Shown here piece by piece: positions 1-9,883 of a stretch of 64,000 nt of DNA. The position numbers and the translations under genes are program-made. The notes under the pieces are model-generated. The model worked only from the letters and a program-made list of their open reading frames with translations. It did no database searches and was not told where the DNA came from. Location of the stretch: positions 992,001-1,056,000 of the forward strand of contig CBDFLQ010000007.1 of the NCBI GenBank assembly GCA_965249275.1, written 5' to 3'. Position 1 is the stretch's first letter; each line of letters begins with the position of its first letter. The DNA comes from Dehalococcoidia bacterium (GTDB lineage: Bacteria; Chloroflexota; Dehalococcoidia; Plut-88900).

Positions 1-19
1 GCCATGCCTCTGCCCATGA

Positions 20-90
20 CCTAAATTGGCACCGCTCGCCGGACAGTTAAGGCTACAGCGCAGCTTGGCCTACCGAAGAGCACTATTATC
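20..90 (+). repeat. att-like dispersed repeat copy
   Basis: CCTAAATTGGCACCGCTCGCCGGACAGTT (20-48) matches 34499-34527 at 22/29 ungapped. GTT at 46 and GG at 67-68 keep the 21-nt offset seen in other copies. Confidence 0.55.
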
Positions 91-916
91 TGGACGCATC
101 CCAGCTTCCCTTCCAATTGGGGCGCCAATCCGTCCACTTTGCGAACTCTTTTGGCTTGATGCCCGTGTCATAGATCTCGACGGTGATCGGGAGTTTGTGG
201 AAAGTTTCGGGGATCAAGCTGCTATCGCCGTCGGGGCAGACTGAGACGGATATCAGCAGGTCGATTTCCGCGTAGAATTCGATGTAGTCGCCTTTCTTCG
301 CGTCGGTCTTGCTGAAGTATCGGCGGCCCGTCAAACCATCAATGCGCATCTTCATGAAGAGGTTGATGTTGTCACCGATTACGTCTTCCTCGGTAAGGCC
401 CATAGATTCCGCGCCCTGCAAAAGATTGAGGTGACATCCGTTTAAACCGGGCACGCCGAACGTCAGCTCCCAGACCTCTGAAGCGCAATGACTCCCCGAG
501 AAATGCGCGTGCCATCCCTCGTCGGCCGGGCCTGTTTCAACTGTGTCCGCGATACAGGTGGCAATGGGTCGATACATGGGGAGGTCGGACCAAAGCCTGG
601 AATTCGTCGTGATGAATAATCCATCTGCAAGAAGGGTGCGATTCAGGCTTAGCGACTCCCGCTGAGGACAATCGGCGTTCCAGAGACAAACGTCTACAAC
701 TTGCGGGCCCTCTTCCTGGATGATTTTGAAGGTCTGACCCTTGTCCACCCTGAATCCTCGTCCATTGTTAGGTTCGATTCTTGATCTTTGCAGCAGCTTG
801 CGCTCGGAAACCCTTGTTCGGATATCGTTGTAAAACTCGAGGTCCATTCTTAATGGCTCTGGGTTGGCGTCTATTAGACTTTTCTCGGAAGACTTCATTC
901 GCGCTTCTCCTTCCAT
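86..916 (-). CDS. DUF1989 / urea carboxylase-associated family protein
   Basis: Motifs GPQVVDVCLWNA, CHLNL, NINLFM and KGDYIEFYAEIDLLISVSVCP. Confidence 0.8.
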   Translation of the reverse strand: MEGEARMKSSEKSLIDANPEPLRMDLEFYNDIRTRVSERKLLQRSRIEPNNGRGFRVDKGQTFKIIQEEGPQVVDVCLWNADCPQRESLSLNRTLLADGLFITTNSRLWSDLPMYRPIATCIADTVETGPADEGWHAHFSGSHCASEVWELTFGVPGLNGCHLNLLQGAESMGLTEEDVIGDNINLFMKMRIDGLTGRRYFSKTDAKKGDYIEFYAEIDLLISVSVCPDGDSSLIPETFHKLPITVEIYDTGIKPKEFAKWTDWRPNWKGSWDASR

Positions 917-979
917 CTGGAGTGCAAAGGCTCGCTTGACCTAGCTTAACCGAGGGTCCCTCATACGTGGGGGGCAATA

Positions 980-2449
980 TCAAGGATAGAAGAGTTTTTG
1001 GGCAGCTTTACGGAGGTCGCTTCGGAAGTCGGGGTGGGCTACGGAGATGAGCTCGGCGGCCCGCTCCCTGAGAGACTTGCCCAAGAGCCGGGCGATACCG
1101 TATTCAGTGACGATTGTGTCGGCGAAGGTGCGGGGGATGGTGACGACCCCACCCTCGGGGAGTTGAGGGACGATTCGGGATACGGTGCCTCCAGCCGCCG
1201 TGGACCTTAACAGCGTGATAGCCATTCCACCCTTTGAGAGAACGGCTCCCATATGCAGCTCGGTCTGACCTCCCGTGCCGTTCCACATTCGGGTCCCGAT
1301 GGTCTCCGAGTTGATCTGACCGGTCAGGTCGATGGATATGGCGTTATTGATGGCGTAGTAGTTGTCGTGGGCGGCCACGGTGCGGATGTTCACCACGTAC
1401 TCGGCGTCGTAGAGCTCTATGAGCGGGTTGTTGTGGGCCCACTCAATCTCCTTTGGGCTGGAGCCGTCAACGCTGGTCCCGACCAGCTTGTCCCGGTGAA
1501 TGGTCTTTCGGCTGCCGTTCAGGATGCCATCCCGCACGAGATCGAGGACGCCGGGCGTGGCCATCTCCGAGTGCCAACCCAGGTCTTTCTTGGAGTCGAA
1601 GGCGCCCAGTCGGGCCAGGTACCGGCCCGGACTTCCGACCCCGATCTGGATGGTGCTTCCATCAGGGATGATTTCCGCCACATGGTCTGCAAAGGGCTTA
1701 TCCTCTTGCGGAGGGGAGCCCCAACCGAAATCGCCGGCCAGCGCTCGCACCTCAACAAGGTTTTTGTCACAAAGGCTCGGCACCCATTGTTGGCGCTCGA
1801 TTCCCGACATGTGGGGTATGAACCCGAGGAGTTCCGACTTCACCTTCTCGTCTTCCACACCATCTATGATCGCCCTCGCTTCTTCCACGGTGATCTCGGG
1901 TGGGGTGTAGTGCACCGACCTGTCGATTTCCGACAGGTGGATGTAGTTGTCCCCGTAGGTGCGTATGAAGGTCGGATCGTGCTGGGCAATGACTTTCCTT
2001 GCGCCTTTGGCCCAACTCCGGCTGTCCCACATGCCCGCCCCGAAGCTACAGTAACCCAGTTCATTCGGAGTAGACATCCGCACAATGGCGACGTCTGCTA
2101 CGAAACGGGGTTCGCGCTTCTCACGGTACGGTTTGAACTCGTGGGAGAGGACCATGGGGTAGTAATCGATCAACTTTTTGTCGTGGGCAGGACGGGAGAA
2201 GGCCCCAAGATAGAAATGTGCGACCAGATTGAAGCTGTCTCGATATCCCCCACCCAGCCAGTCCTGGTACTCGAAGGGGCCCTGGAACATTATCCTCACG
2301 TCCGAAAGCTCGGCGCTCCTTGCGGCCAGAGCGTTAGGGATAAAGTTGTTCACCGACGGGTCAAGGTAGACGCGGCCTCCGGAGTCGACGATGCTAACTG
2401 CCTCTTCAGGCGATACGACACTTTTGTTGTAGTGGGCTATCCAGTCCAT
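980..2449 (-). CDS. acetyl-CoA hydrolase / 4-hydroxybutyrate CoA-transferase family protein
   Basis: Motifs IPDGSTIQIGVG, HSEM, AINNAISIDLTGQ, GTGGQ, IVTEYGIA and AHPDFR. Start placed at MDWIAHY (2449). Confidence 0.9.
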   Translation of the reverse strand: MDWIAHYNKSVVSPEEAVSIVDSGGRVYLDPSVNNFIPNALAARSAELSDVRIMFQGPFEYQDWLGGGYRDSFNLVAHFYLGAFSRPAHDKKLIDYYPMVLSHEFKPYREKREPRFVADVAIVRMSTPNELGYCSFGAGMWDSRSWAKGARKVIAQHDPTFIRTYGDNYIHLSEIDRSVHYTPPEITVEEARAIIDGVEDEKVKSELLGFIPHMSGIERQQWVPSLCDKNLVEVRALAGDFGWGSPPQEDKPFADHVAEIIPDGSTIQIGVGSPGRYLARLGAFDSKKDLGWHSEMATPGVLDLVRDGILNGSRKTIHRDKLVGTSVDGSSPKEIEWAHNNPLIELYDAEYVVNIRTVAAHDNYYAINNAISIDLTGQINSETIGTRMWNGTGGQTELHMGAVLSKGGMAITLLRSTAAGGTVSRIVPQLPEGGVVTIPRTFADTIVTEYGIARLLGKSLRERAAELISVAHPDFRSDLRKAAQKLFYP

Positions 2450-2562
2450 GCGGTTTCTTGAGGTGAAATCTTCCCGGAACTTCCCGACAAAAATCACCCT
2501 CCTCAGCGAGCCTACGGCCCTAGCCCTCTCCTCATCAAGAGACCTTTGCGTAACTCCGGGCA

Positions 2563-2647
2563 GGGGGTCGGGACCCCCCATTCCGCTCTTGAGACCCTTC
2601 GACTAAGCTCCCTCCAAAGGCGGATCTTCGACAGGGCGAGCGGAATG
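2563..2647. repeat. intergenic inverted repeats, possible REP-like remnant
   Basis: Hairpin GGGGGTC-GG-GACCCCC (2563-2578). CATTCCGCTC (2579-2588) pairs with GAGCGGAATG (2638-2647) and encloses two CTTCGAC motifs. Confidence 0.35.
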
Positions 2648-2743
2648 CCCCGCCCTTGGGGATGGATGTGCCATATTTCGTTAGTTTGCTTACACAGGAA
2701 TGGCGGTGATATAAAGATTTCATCTAGGGAGAGGGAATAGAAG

Positions 2744-3880
2744 TCAGGGAATAGCGGCGATGGCGTCTATTTCGCAGAGGGCTTCGGGGAAGCCTCCCAT
2801 GCTGTCGACGGCAACGCTTGTGATAGCCGGGGGTCGACCCTTAAAGACCTCGCGCCTTATGTTCAGCGACTGTTGGAAATAACCGGCGTGACTGATGAAG
2901 CAGAAGACTTTCACTGCATTATCGAAGCTACATCCTACGGAGTTGAGGGCTATTTCAACGTTCTTGAGGGCCTGTCGAAACTGGGCGTCGAAGTCTCCCG
3001 GAAGTACCAGGTTTTTGTCCTTGTCCCGGGCCACCTGGCCGGATACATAAGCCAGTCCGTCGGCGACGACCACGTTGCTGAAGTTGAAGGGGGGAGGCAG
3101 TTCAGGAGAGTTGACGAACTCGGCCTTGGACGGAGGAGCGAGGGCAACAGCATCGGTTTCGACGAGGGCATGAGGGTCATCAAGGGCACGGATGGAGACC
3201 ACGGAGTCGCCGGGCCAGTCCACTTCGAAGACCTCCTCTCGAATGCGGTATAGCTCTCGGTAGTAGAGGGGGTTGGAAATGAAATAGTTGATCTTCACGA
3301 GGTCACCAAAACCTGCTCCGAACTCGGTGAGAGAGGCATCAAGGTTTTGGTAGACGGCGTGGAGCTGGGATGGGAAGTCGGTTGGAGGTTCCTGGTCTTG
3401 CCGACTTGCCGCGGTTTGCCCCGAAATAAAGATTGTGTCGCCGGTTCTCACACCCGTAGAAAATGGGCCTGTTCGCTGCATCGGCCATTTGGTGTTCTGC
3501 CCGAGTCGGGCACAGGCTTCGATTTCGATCAGAGCGTCGGGGGAGGTTAGGGATGCGACAACGGCGGTAGTGCCGGCGGGGGGATGGGTGGGGAACATGC
3601 GGGCACACATATTGTGGAAGGTCTGGACATGGAGGGGATTGACCAGGTAAGCCGTGAGTTTGACAACATCGGAAAGGTCGGCGCTGGCTTCTGCCAGGAC
3701 TTGAGCCATACATTCAAATGCACGGTCGGCCTGGGCCTCGAAGTCTCCCGCACCTATGATGAGTCCAACGCTGTCCCGGGCCCTTTGCCCCGAGACGAAA
3801 ATCCAGTCTCCGGCTCTCGTGCCTTGGGAGAGGGCGCCCGACGTGTCGAGTCCGGGGGGATTGATCAGTTCCACCTTCAT
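2744..3880 (-). CDS. triple-domain RidA/YjgF/UK114 family protein
   Basis: Three ~125-aa repeats, each with (F/Y)(V/I)SGQ...VK...E(I/T)(E/D)A. Confidence 0.85.
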   Translation of the reverse strand: MKVELINPPGLDTSGALSQGTRAGDWIFVSGQRARDSVGLIIGAGDFEAQADRAFECMAQVLAEASADLSDVVKLTAYLVNPLHVQTFHNMCARMFPTHPPAGTTAVVASLTSPDALIEIEACARLGQNTKWPMQRTGPFSTGVRTGDTIFISGQTAASRQDQEPPTDFPSQLHAVYQNLDASLTEFGAGFGDLVKINYFISNPLYYRELYRIREEVFEVDWPGDSVVSIRALDDPHALVETDAVALAPPSKAEFVNSPELPPPFNFSNVVVADGLAYVSGQVARDKDKNLVLPGDFDAQFRQALKNVEIALNSVGCSFDNAVKVFCFISHAGYFQQSLNIRREVFKGRPPAITSVAVDSMGGFPEALCEIDAIAAIP

Positions 3881-4103
3881 GTATCAGGCCCTCTTTATTA
3901 GTGCTTACTGAGCGGAGTAGGGATGCGCTGAAGCTTGAACGCCGTCGTCTCCGGCATTGTACAAGAATCGGGAGGCAGGTACGGAAAGGCTGCGTGCGCT
4001 GCTGCCAGCCATGTCTCGGCGTTTACAATTAACCTGCAATGCGCACCTGTATTCGGTAATATGAGATACTCACGGGACCAGGTAATTCAAGAGGGAGAGC
4101 CAT

Positions 4104-5219
4104 ATGTCGGACCTGATGATAATTTCAGCGGACTCACATGCATCGGAGCCGTCCAGCCTGTTCGAGCAGCTGCCGGAGGAGTACCGAAGGCGCGCGCCCC
4201 GGACGGAGGAGAGGAACGGAGGCATCTACTACATCCAGGACGGGCAAAGGCCGCTAAGGCAGGACATCGCAATAACACAGCTCACCGAGGAAGACAAGCG
4301 GCGGGAGTTCAGGAGCGATGAAGGGGCGGGGCAGGGGAGGGAGGCGGGCACCGATCTGCCGCTGAGGATAGCCGACCTGGAAGAGGACGGGGTGAGTGCG
4401 GAGGTCATATATCCCAATGGCATATTCAATGCCCTGGCCTCTCCGGACCCCGGGTACCAGGTGGCATTCAGCCGCCTCTACAACGATTGGTACCACGAGG
4501 TCTTCATCGACAACATGGAAAGGTTCGTACCCTCCGCGATGATTCCCATGGGAGACATTGAAGGATCCGTGAAGGAAGCAAGGCGCACGGCCAAGCTCGG
4601 ATACAGGTCGTTCTCCCTGCCGGTGCTTCTGTCCAACCTGCCATACAACAGGCCCGACTACGAAAAGTTCTGGGATGCGATGGACGACTTGAAGGTCCCC
4701 CTGAGCTTTCACGTATTTACCGGGACTGACCCGATACCGGAGGACATGGGGGAGGAGAACTCCCACGGAGCAGGCCTGATCTACATAGGACTGGGGATGA
4801 CGGTAGCGATGGCCCCGTTGACAATGCTAACGGCATCGGGGGTGCTGGAGAGGCATCCAGAATTGAATTTCGTGCTGGTTGAGTGTGGGATAGGCTGGCT
4901 GGCGTGGTACCTAAACGTGCTGGATGAACTCTACGACAAGAGGCACATGTGGCAGCAGCCCAAACTGTCTCTGAAGCCGAGCGAGTACTGGAAGAGGCAG
5001 GGCTACGTAACGTTCGGGGATGATGAGGTTGGTTTGAGGAACCGGGACATTACCGGGGTGGACTGCCTGATGTGGGGCAGCGACTATCCCCACGACGAAG
5101 GAACCTTCCCGCATTCCAGGGAAGTGATAGATCGGACATTCAGTGAATTGCCGGAGGAAGAGACGCGGAAGATAGTCGGGGAGAACGCGGCGAAGCTGTA
5201 CGGGTTTCCGATGAGTTAG
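4104..5219 (+). CDS. amidohydrolase family protein (amidohydro_2)
   Basis: ISADSH and LMWGSDYPHDEGTFP; RBS GAGGGAG upstream. Confidence 0.9.
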   Translation: MSDLMIISADSHASEPSSLFEQLPEEYRRRAPRTEERNGGIYYIQDGQRPLRQDIAITQLTEEDKRREFRSDEGAGQGREAGTDLPLRIADLEEDGVSAEVIYPNGIFNALASPDPGYQVAFSRLYNDWYHEVFIDNMERFVPSAMIPMGDIEGSVKEARRTAKLGYRSFSLPVLLSNLPYNRPDYEKFWDAMDDLKVPLSFHVFTGTDPIPEDMGEENSHGAGLIYIGLGMTVAMAPLTMLTASGVLERHPELNFVLVECGIGWLAWYLNVLDELYDKRHMWQQPKLSLKPSEYWKRQGYVTFGDDEVGLRNRDITGVDCLMWGSDYPHDEGTFPHSREVIDRTFSELPEEETRKIVGENAAKLYGFPMS

Positions 5220-5249
5220 GGGGAGGCTCACACGGCAGCCTAGAGTTCA

Positions 5250-6389
5250 ATGCCCGCCTACCTAGGACAGATAGACCCGAATGACTTCGAGCTCACGCGG
5301 GCCCCGGTACTGGATGCTTCACTACCGCCCGCGTACTTTTTCACTTCGCAGGAATTCTACGAGCGGGAAGTCGAGAGCATCTTTCTGCGAGAGTGGCTTT
5401 GTGTCGGGCGGACTGATCAACTTCAGAAGCCCGGGGATTACTTCACCATCGACTGGCCCGAGGTGCCGGTGTGCGTTGCGCTGGACCGGTCCGGCAAGAT
5501 GCACGCCTTTTCGCCCGTATGCCGTCATCGCTCAACCCTGGTAACGTCTGGGGAGGGAAATACCAGGTTCTTCCAATGCCCGTACCACGGTTGGACATAT
5601 TCGTTGTCAGGTGAGCTGGTCGGGGCTCCGGATATGGACCGGACCAAAGAATTCGACAAGTCCCTCCACTGTCTGCCATCCATCAAGGTTGCAGAATGGG
5701 AGGGTTTCCTTTTCATCAATCTAGACCCCGAGTGTGATCCGTTCGGCGAATACCTGGACAGCTTGTCTGAGTGGTTGGCTCCGTATGGCATGAAAGACAT
5801 GAAGCTGCACGACCGGCAGCAGTACGAGCTGGGCTGCAATTGGAAGATCTACGTAGACAACACCGCAGAGGAGTACCACGTTAACTATGCCCACTCTGCC
5901 TCAATAGCTCCCTACTATCCCACCCGAGCCTTTACACCTGACGACAGCCACGGGACCTGGGAGTTGTTGCTGGGGAAACAGCCGGGCGATGCACAAACGC
6001 TGTCCGGTGAGTCTGTATTGCCTGCCAATCCCAAACTTTCGGAAGAACAGGCCCGCGAGTTGGCCATCGTCATCATTTACCCCAACATGGTGCTCATCAA
6101 TAATCCGGTAGGAATGAACTATGGAATCACCCTGCCTCTCAGGCCCGACCGGTGCCGTTTGCTGATGGGCAGCTGTTTCCCGGAGTCCGCGATCAAGCAC
6201 CCGGCTTTTGAAAAGGCCGCGGTCCGACTGGAGGAGGCTCGGGAGCAGATCATGAGGGAGGACACAGCGGTATGTGAGTCCTCCCACCGGGGGTTGAAGT
6301 CGCGATTTGCGAGTCGAGGGCGATACAGCCACCGAGAGCGGCTCACGCATCGGTTGCACAACTACGTGCTCGACCGTGTGCTGGGTTGA
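5250..6389 (+). CDS. Rieske ring-hydroxylating oxygenase alpha subunit (choline monooxygenase-like)
   Basis: Rieske motif CRH...CPYHGW; mononuclear iron motif NWK...EEYHVNYAH; distal ED. Confidence 0.9.
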   Translation: MPAYLGQIDPNDFELTRAPVLDASLPPAYFFTSQEFYEREVESIFLREWLCVGRTDQLQKPGDYFTIDWPEVPVCVALDRSGKMHAFSPVCRHRSTLVTSGEGNTRFFQCPYHGWTYSLSGELVGAPDMDRTKEFDKSLHCLPSIKVAEWEGFLFINLDPECDPFGEYLDSLSEWLAPYGMKDMKLHDRQQYELGCNWKIYVDNTAEEYHVNYAHSASIAPYYPTRAFTPDDSHGTWELLLGKQPGDAQTLSGESVLPANPKLSEEQARELAIVIIYPNMVLINNPVGMNYGITLPLRPDRCRLLMGSCFPESAIKHPAFEKAAVRLEEAREQIMREDTAVCESSHRGLKSRFASRGRYSHRERLTHRLHNYVLDRVLG

Positions 6390-6452
6390 ACGAGTTGCGG
6401 CCGGCTAGGCCAACTGACCGATTCTCGTTTTCAGGAGTCTAGCAAGGCCCTC

Positions 6453-7454
6453 TTACGTCACCTTGCTCAGCACCTCTTCCCAAACCCGTTGCAGGTATTC
6501 CTTCCGGCCTAAGATATCAGGCGGGAGGTTTAGGAACGTGAAGGCCATGTAGCCTGACCGGGACTTGTCTCGATGCTCGGCGATCTGCTCTGCACACTGT
6601 TCGGCGTTGCCGACTATGGCCCACTCTTCGAGGTTGCGCAGCTTGTCCAAGCCGAGGTCTACGGCGGTGCGTTCCTGCATTCCCCAACCTCCGTAGACCG
6701 CCGCCGTTGCCTCCGCTGTTTCTTTCGCAGATCTGATGGCCGACTCACGGTCTGAGGCGAAGCTGATACAACGGTGAGCGGCATAGAACCCCTCGCCCGA
6801 GTTCTCTAGCTTATCGAGCTCCTCCCAGTATATGGTGGCGAGGGACTCGTGGTCGGCCCAGCTGACGTAGGGGCCGACCAGACAGGCGTCGGCGATGCGG
6901 GCTGCTCTGCTCGCGGCTCGGCGGCCCTGGCACGCCAGCCAGATGGGCGGGCGCGGTGAATGCACGGGCCTAATGCCCATTTGAGCAGCCGTCGCCCTGA
7001 AATAGCGCCCGCGATACGTGACCTCTTCCCCCGCCCACAGTATCTTCATCAGTTCGATGGACTCTTCGAGCCTACCCACTCTCTCTGAGCGGTTAGAGCC
7101 GACTATCTCAAGCTCCTTCTCTCGGTACCCGAGCCCCAGGCCTAGGATGAACCGCCCGTTGGAAATCTGGTCCAACGCTATGGTCTGTTCCGCGATGTCG
7201 ACGGGGTTGTGGAGGGGCATAAGGAGCACGCCGGTTATCAGTCTGATCCTGGACCCGGCGGCAGCCAGCCGGCCCAGCAGAGGCATGGGAGAGACCCACC
7301 TGGTCGGGTGGGAGACCCAATGCTCGGGGGCGTAGGCTCCCCAGAAGCCCAGCTCCTCGCCAAGGGTCACCAGCTCGGCGGTCTCTTCGATCTGGTCGTG
7401 CATAGGCCGGTTGGGGTCGGCCATGAAGTTTCTGAGGTTTAAGCCAAATTCCAT
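6453..7454 (-). CDS. LLM class flavin-dependent oxidoreductase
   Basis: PEHW, NPVDIAEQTIALDQISNGRFILGLGLGYR and PPIWLA. Confidence 0.9.
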   Translation of the reverse strand: MEFGLNLRNFMADPNRPMHDQIEETAELVTLGEELGFWGAYAPEHWVSHPTRWVSPMPLLGRLAAAGSRIRLITGVLLMPLHNPVDIAEQTIALDQISNGRFILGLGLGYREKELEIVGSNRSERVGRLEESIELMKILWAGEEVTYRGRYFRATAAQMGIRPVHSPRPPIWLACQGRRAASRAARIADACLVGPYVSWADHESLATIYWEELDKLENSGEGFYAAHRCISFASDRESAIRSAKETAEATAAVYGGWGMQERTAVDLGLDKLRNLEEWAIVGNAEQCAEQIAEHRDKSRSGYMAFTFLNLPPDILGRKEYLQRVWEEVLSKVT

Positions 7455-7547
7455 GTCGTTTCTCCCGTGCAAGAGAGCTTTGGATAACTCCTATCGTGGG
7501 ACTGTTTTGAGGATTCCGAGCATATTTCCAATCCCGAATACTCGCCC

Positions 7548-7571
7548 CTGGATTCCCGTTTTCACGGGAAT
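7548..7571. repeat. REP/dRS3-like palindrome interrupted by the IS481
   Basis: ATTCCC-GTTTTCAC-GGGAAT (7552-7571). Removing the IS and one GGAAT restores CTGGATTCCCGTTTTCACGGGAATGACG. Confidence 0.65.
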
Positions 7572-8627
7572 TGTAAGTGTTAGGTAATTCGTTGACAGAT
7601 TGGTATAAGAGGCCAACACCAATCTGGAGGCGAGAATGCGAGACAATAGCAAGGACCTCACCCTTGAACGGAACTACATTCAGAAGTGGCGGTTCCTCAT
7701 CCATGAGTATCAACTGGTCAAGGCAGGGAAGCATCCCCGTTTCCGCTTCGCCCAGGACTTCTACTCCTTCCACGGCACCAGCCGTCAGACCTTTGCCAAG
7801 TACTACAACCGATTCCTCCTCTCCCCCTCCGACAACGCCTTCCTCCCCCGTAAGCGGGGTCCCGGGTGGAAGTCCCGCCGCACCCTGCCCTACATTGAGC
7901 AGAAGGTCATCAACGAGCGCCTTAACGGTACCAACCGTTACGAGATCTATGCCATACTCAAACCCATCCTTAAACACAACACCCCTAAGCCCTCCACCAT
8001 CTACGCCATCACCAGACGCCACGGTTTCAATAGGCTCACAAAGCCGATGCAGCAGTCGAAGCGCAAGATCATCAAGACCCGGGCAGGAGAGCTGGGCCAC
8101 CTGGACAGCCACTACCTCAGCCGGGATACCATCGTGGGCACCAAGCACCGCTACTACCTGGTGGGCCTCATCGACGCCTACACCCGTCTGGCCTGGGCCG
8201 AAGTGGTCGGAGACATCAAGAGTCTCTCCGTTATGTTTGCTGTATTGAAGTCCATCAACTTCCTCAATGCGGAGTACGGCATCCAATTCGAGGCTATCCT
8301 CACCGACAACGGCCCCGAGATGGCCTCCCCAAGGAACACCGAGGGCCACCCCATGGAACGGATGCTCAAGGAACTGGGCATAAAGCACCGCTACACCCGC
8401 CCTTATAGGCCCCAGACCAACGGGAAGATAGAGCGGTTCTGGAGAACCTTGAACGAGGACCTGCTGGAGGGGACAACCTTCGAATCGGTCTCGGAACTGA
8501 AGGACGAGCTTCAGCAATACCTGATCTACTACAATACTCAGAGACCCCACCAGGCAATGGACGGAAAGACCCCTTTGCAAACCCTTAAATCTCTCTAATT
8601 CTGTCAACGAATTACCTGACATCTACA
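7572..8627 (+). mobile_element. IS481-family insertion sequence, complete
   Basis: TGT...ACA ends; 28-bp terminal inverted repeats matching 25/28 (TGTAAGTGTTAGGTAATTCGTTGACAGA vs TGTAGATGTCAGGTAATTCGTTGACAGA); 5-bp direct repeat GGAAT at 7567-7571 and 8628-8632. Confidence 0.9.
7636..8598 (+). CDS. IS481-family DDE transposase
   Basis: GELGHLD, ILTDNGPE, RPYRPQTNGKIERFWRTL and YNTQRPH. Confidence 0.93.
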   Translation: MRDNSKDLTLERNYIQKWRFLIHEYQLVKAGKHPRFRFAQDFYSFHGTSRQTFAKYYNRFLLSPSDNAFLPRKRGPGWKSRRTLPYIEQKVINERLNGTNRYEIYAILKPILKHNTPKPSTIYAITRRHGFNRLTKPMQQSKRKIIKTRAGELGHLDSHYLSRDTIVGTKHRYYLVGLIDAYTRLAWAEVVGDIKSLSVMFAVLKSINFLNAEYGIQFEAILTDNGPEMASPRNTEGHPMERMLKELGIKHRYTRPYRPQTNGKIERFWRTLNEDLLEGTTFESVSELKDELQQYLIYYNTQRPHQAMDGKTPLQTLKSL

Positions 8628-8665
8628 GGAATGACGGTTATGCAAAGTCCCTGTCTCAGCAACGT

Positions 8666-9283
8666 TTATTTCAGGAATGGGTTCCACTGGGCCTCCGCTC
8701 CGACGCTCGAGTGGGGCCCGTGGCCGGGAAGGACCACTGTGTCCGGAGGGAGGGTCAGCAACTTGGTCTTTATGCTCTCGATCAGCTGCTCCCAGTTGCC
8801 GCCTTCGAAGTCGGTGCGACCGACGCTGCCTCTGAACAGGGTGTCACCGGTGAAGACCAAGCCATGACCGTAGTACGAAATCCCCCCAGGCGTGTGTCCG
8901 TGAGTCTCGATTACCGAAAAGGAGAGGTCTCCAATCTCGACTGAGTCGCCTTCTTTGAGATAGAGGTCGGGTTCAGGGGGGTTGCGGAAGCCGGGGATTA
9001 TGGAAGCGGAATCGGGTGGCTTTTCGAGCATGTAGGCGTCATTTTCGTGGATGGCGAAGAGAGCGTTGGTGGCGTCCACCATGTCGGCCACGGCGCCGAT
9101 GTGGTCCTCGTGGCCGTGGGTGGTGAGCAAGTATTTAACCTTCAGCCCCGAGTCCTCCACGGCACTAATAATCGAACGCCACTCAGCGCCCGCGTCTACG
9201 ATTGCGGCTTCCTGGGTCTCGTCCGACCCGATTATGTAGGTGTTCTCCTGGTATGGCCCGACCACCACGACTCTAAGGATCAT
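8666..9283 (-). CDS. MBL-fold metallo-hydrolase (glyoxalase II / GloC-like)
   Basis: THGHEDHIG, GHTPGG, FTGDTLF and PGHG. Confidence 0.9.
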   Translation of the reverse strand: MILRVVVVGPYQENTYIIGSDETQEAAIVDAGAEWRSIISAVEDSGLKVKYLLTTHGHEDHIGAVADMVDATNALFAIHENDAYMLEKPPDSASIIPGFRNPPEPDLYLKEGDSVEIGDLSFSVIETHGHTPGGISYYGHGLVFTGDTLFRGSVGRTDFEGGNWEQLIESIKTKLLTLPPDTVVLPGHGPHSSVGAEAQWNPFLK

Positions 9284-9541
9284 TGCTTAAGGCGGCTCCT
9301 TTGTGCGGGATTGGGGGTCAATCTAACTGGTGGGTCGGGGGGTAGTCAACAGTTACTATAAACCATGATATCCATCACGTTGCGGAGGACTGCTTCAGCT
9401 CAGTTTCGCAACAAAACAATAGACTAGCGGCGTTGTCAGCGCTCAGTACTACACTAAAGCTGAATGGATTTTGAGATCTCGCTGGAACCCACGACCTGTC
9501 TTATATACCAGAGCCTTGGCATGTTAGATAATTAGTGGAAA

Positions 9542-9879
9542 ATGAAACTGCCGAATGTTCAAAATGCACTTGTTGATAAGAGTAAGAGCAAAGATTATTT
9601 GCTATCAAGATCTCATCAAAGGGGTAGGAGCAAGTCATTTTCTTTCTACGCCATGGTTTCAGTCCCGATTCATGGCAGGTCTTCGCTGAGGCATTGAGAT
9701 TACACGCTCGAAATCATGACCTTGCTGAAAAGATTGAAACGCCCTACGGCCTGCGCTACTATGTTGACGGTATTCTTCAAACTCCTGACGGAGCGAACTC
9801 ACGAATCAGAACCGTCTGGCAATTCGATCATACAAGGGATTATCCTAGACTGATCACAGCGTATCCGCTAAGGCGATAA
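9542..9879 (+). pseudogene. DUF6883-like protein, frameshifted
   Basis: ATG 9542 gives MKLPNVQNALVDKSK..DYLLS..H..G.SK. After a frameshift near 9640 it continues FLRHGFS...TPDG...IRTVW...PRLITAYP*. Confidence 0.65.
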
Positions 9880-9883
9880 GCCA

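Noticed and set aside
1253-2461. Long + strand ORF (likewise 45767..46945, 12963..13916, 39279..40184)
   Set aside because: Shadow ORFs overlapping well-supported genes in GC-rich DNA.
7108-8622. 504-aa minus-strand ORF
   Set aside because: Antisense shadow of the IS481 transposase; crosses the IS boundary and has no motifs.
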